Source: Octopus sinensis
Taxonomy: Eukaryota
DNA: 64,000 nt
Direction: 5' to 3'
Assembly: GCF_006345805.1 (NCBI RefSeq)
Contig: NC_043007.1
Coordinates: 16,926,001 to 16,990,000 of the forward strand
Shown one piece after another: positions 63,060-64,000 of this stretch. A program made the position numbers and the translations under genes. The first letter of the stretch is position 1. Each line of letters begins with the position of its first letter. The notes under the pieces are model-generated. The model was not told the origin of the DNA. It saw nothing but the letters and a program-made list of their open reading frames with translations, and searched no databases.

Positions 63060-63478
63060 CACTCAAGCTTGGTGAATCTTCTTGTCAGTGGTGGAGGTTG
63101 ACGAGCATCCTGCTCCCTCTTCATGTGTCATGCTTGTCCAGCCACTTTTAAACTACTTCGTCCACTTATACATACTTCTATATGGTAGTGCTCTGTCCCT
63201 GATTTGTGCTAAATGCATCCAATGAATTTCAGCACCTGACACACCATTTGACTAGAGAAAACAGATCACTGCTCTTTATTGTTCTTTGGTGCACATTGCT
63301 AGTGGAGCGGCCTTGATTACACTGCAAAGCCAGAAAGAAAAATGGCAGAATCAGGCTCAAACCTTGATCACGGGACCACAATAGTACCAACTATAAGCAT
63401 GCATGCTCAGAAGGCAGTATAACAATAATAAAGATATGTTATGGCGAAAGTGTAAATAATTTTTGACTCCCCCCTTAT
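63060..63478 (-). mobile_element. Mariner 5' fragment (second family)
   Basis: Minus strand: TIR-like agggggagtcaaaaattattt, then CTKEQ*RAVICFL..GVSGAEIH...FKSGWTSMTHEEGAG (HTH region). Confidence 0.7.
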
Positions 63479-63584
63479 ATAATGAACTTACTCCTTCCCT
63501 TGAAATTGCTGGCATTGTGCCAAAATTTGAATCCAATATATCACTACTTTAAAATAGTTCAATATTTCATTCTTTCATGACCAT

Positions 63585-63748
63585 ATGCTGGTGTGTTTGC
63601 GTCCCCGTCACTTAGCGGTTCGGCAAAAGAGACCGATAGAATAAGTACTGGGCTTACAAAGAATAAGTCCCGGGGTCGATTTGCTCGACTAAAGGTGGTG
63701 CTCCAGCATGGCCGCAGTCAAATGACTGAAACAAGTAAGTAAAAGAGT
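63585..63748 (+). mobile_element. SINE A 3' half
   Basis: ggtgtgtttgcgtccccg...aaacaagtaa. Confidence 0.85.
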
Positions 63749-64000
63749 ATATTTCAAGAAGAAGAAAACCCCAAAATAACAGTGGAGGATTCAGTTTAGC
63801 TTTTAATATAAACCAGAATTTGAATGGTGTTAGCAAAAAGTAAAAAAGAGCACCTTTTCTTTATATTCAGCTGATGTTTGAAACATAATTTGATAAAAAG
63901 TTCTTACATAAAATCGTGATAGAAAATTTTAAAAAGAGGTGTAAGCACATGGTTATGAGATTATTCCTGTTGCATGGCAACACATGCAGGTGTTTTCTAC

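Noticed and set aside
102-63836. Most ORFs in the supplied track (YIYI, MYVC, poly-H/T/S/I/M, and SINE-derived peptides such as DRLLSVSVYQIHSQ)
   Set aside because: They are translations of microsatellites or recurrent SINE/RTE-tail sequence, with no domain content.

Overview
This is AT-rich, extremely repeat-dense eukaryotic (animal) genomic DNA. The SINE/LINE/microsatellite make-up suggests a coleoid cephalopod, probably Octopus; this is inferred from recalled repeat families, not from a search. There are no prokaryotic features. The one well-supported host gene is a 4-coding-exon ARF/ARL-family small GTPase on the + strand (32769-45754, 600 nt, 199 aa). It has an N-terminal MG plus di-Cys, a divergent G3 box (WEVGGH instead of WDVGGQ) and a polybasic C-tail. 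Several exon-like segments upstream (19657-30361, + strand) suggest a second, unidentified gene. Most of the remainder is mobile DNA: a near-intact 5'-truncated RTE LINE with a PHD finger inside its RT, two near-identical CR1/L2-type LINE copies, R4/Dong-type RLE LINE ends in (TAA)n tracts, a full-length decayed mariner, Tc1/pogo/piggyBac-type MITEs, a Helitron, four tRNA-derived SINE families, and Penelope-like termini with hammerhead-ribozyme-like motifs, often as long foldback palindromes. Most ORFs in the supplied track are microsatellite or SINE artefacts. Repeat boundaries are approximate unless a TSD, TIR or splice site is cited.
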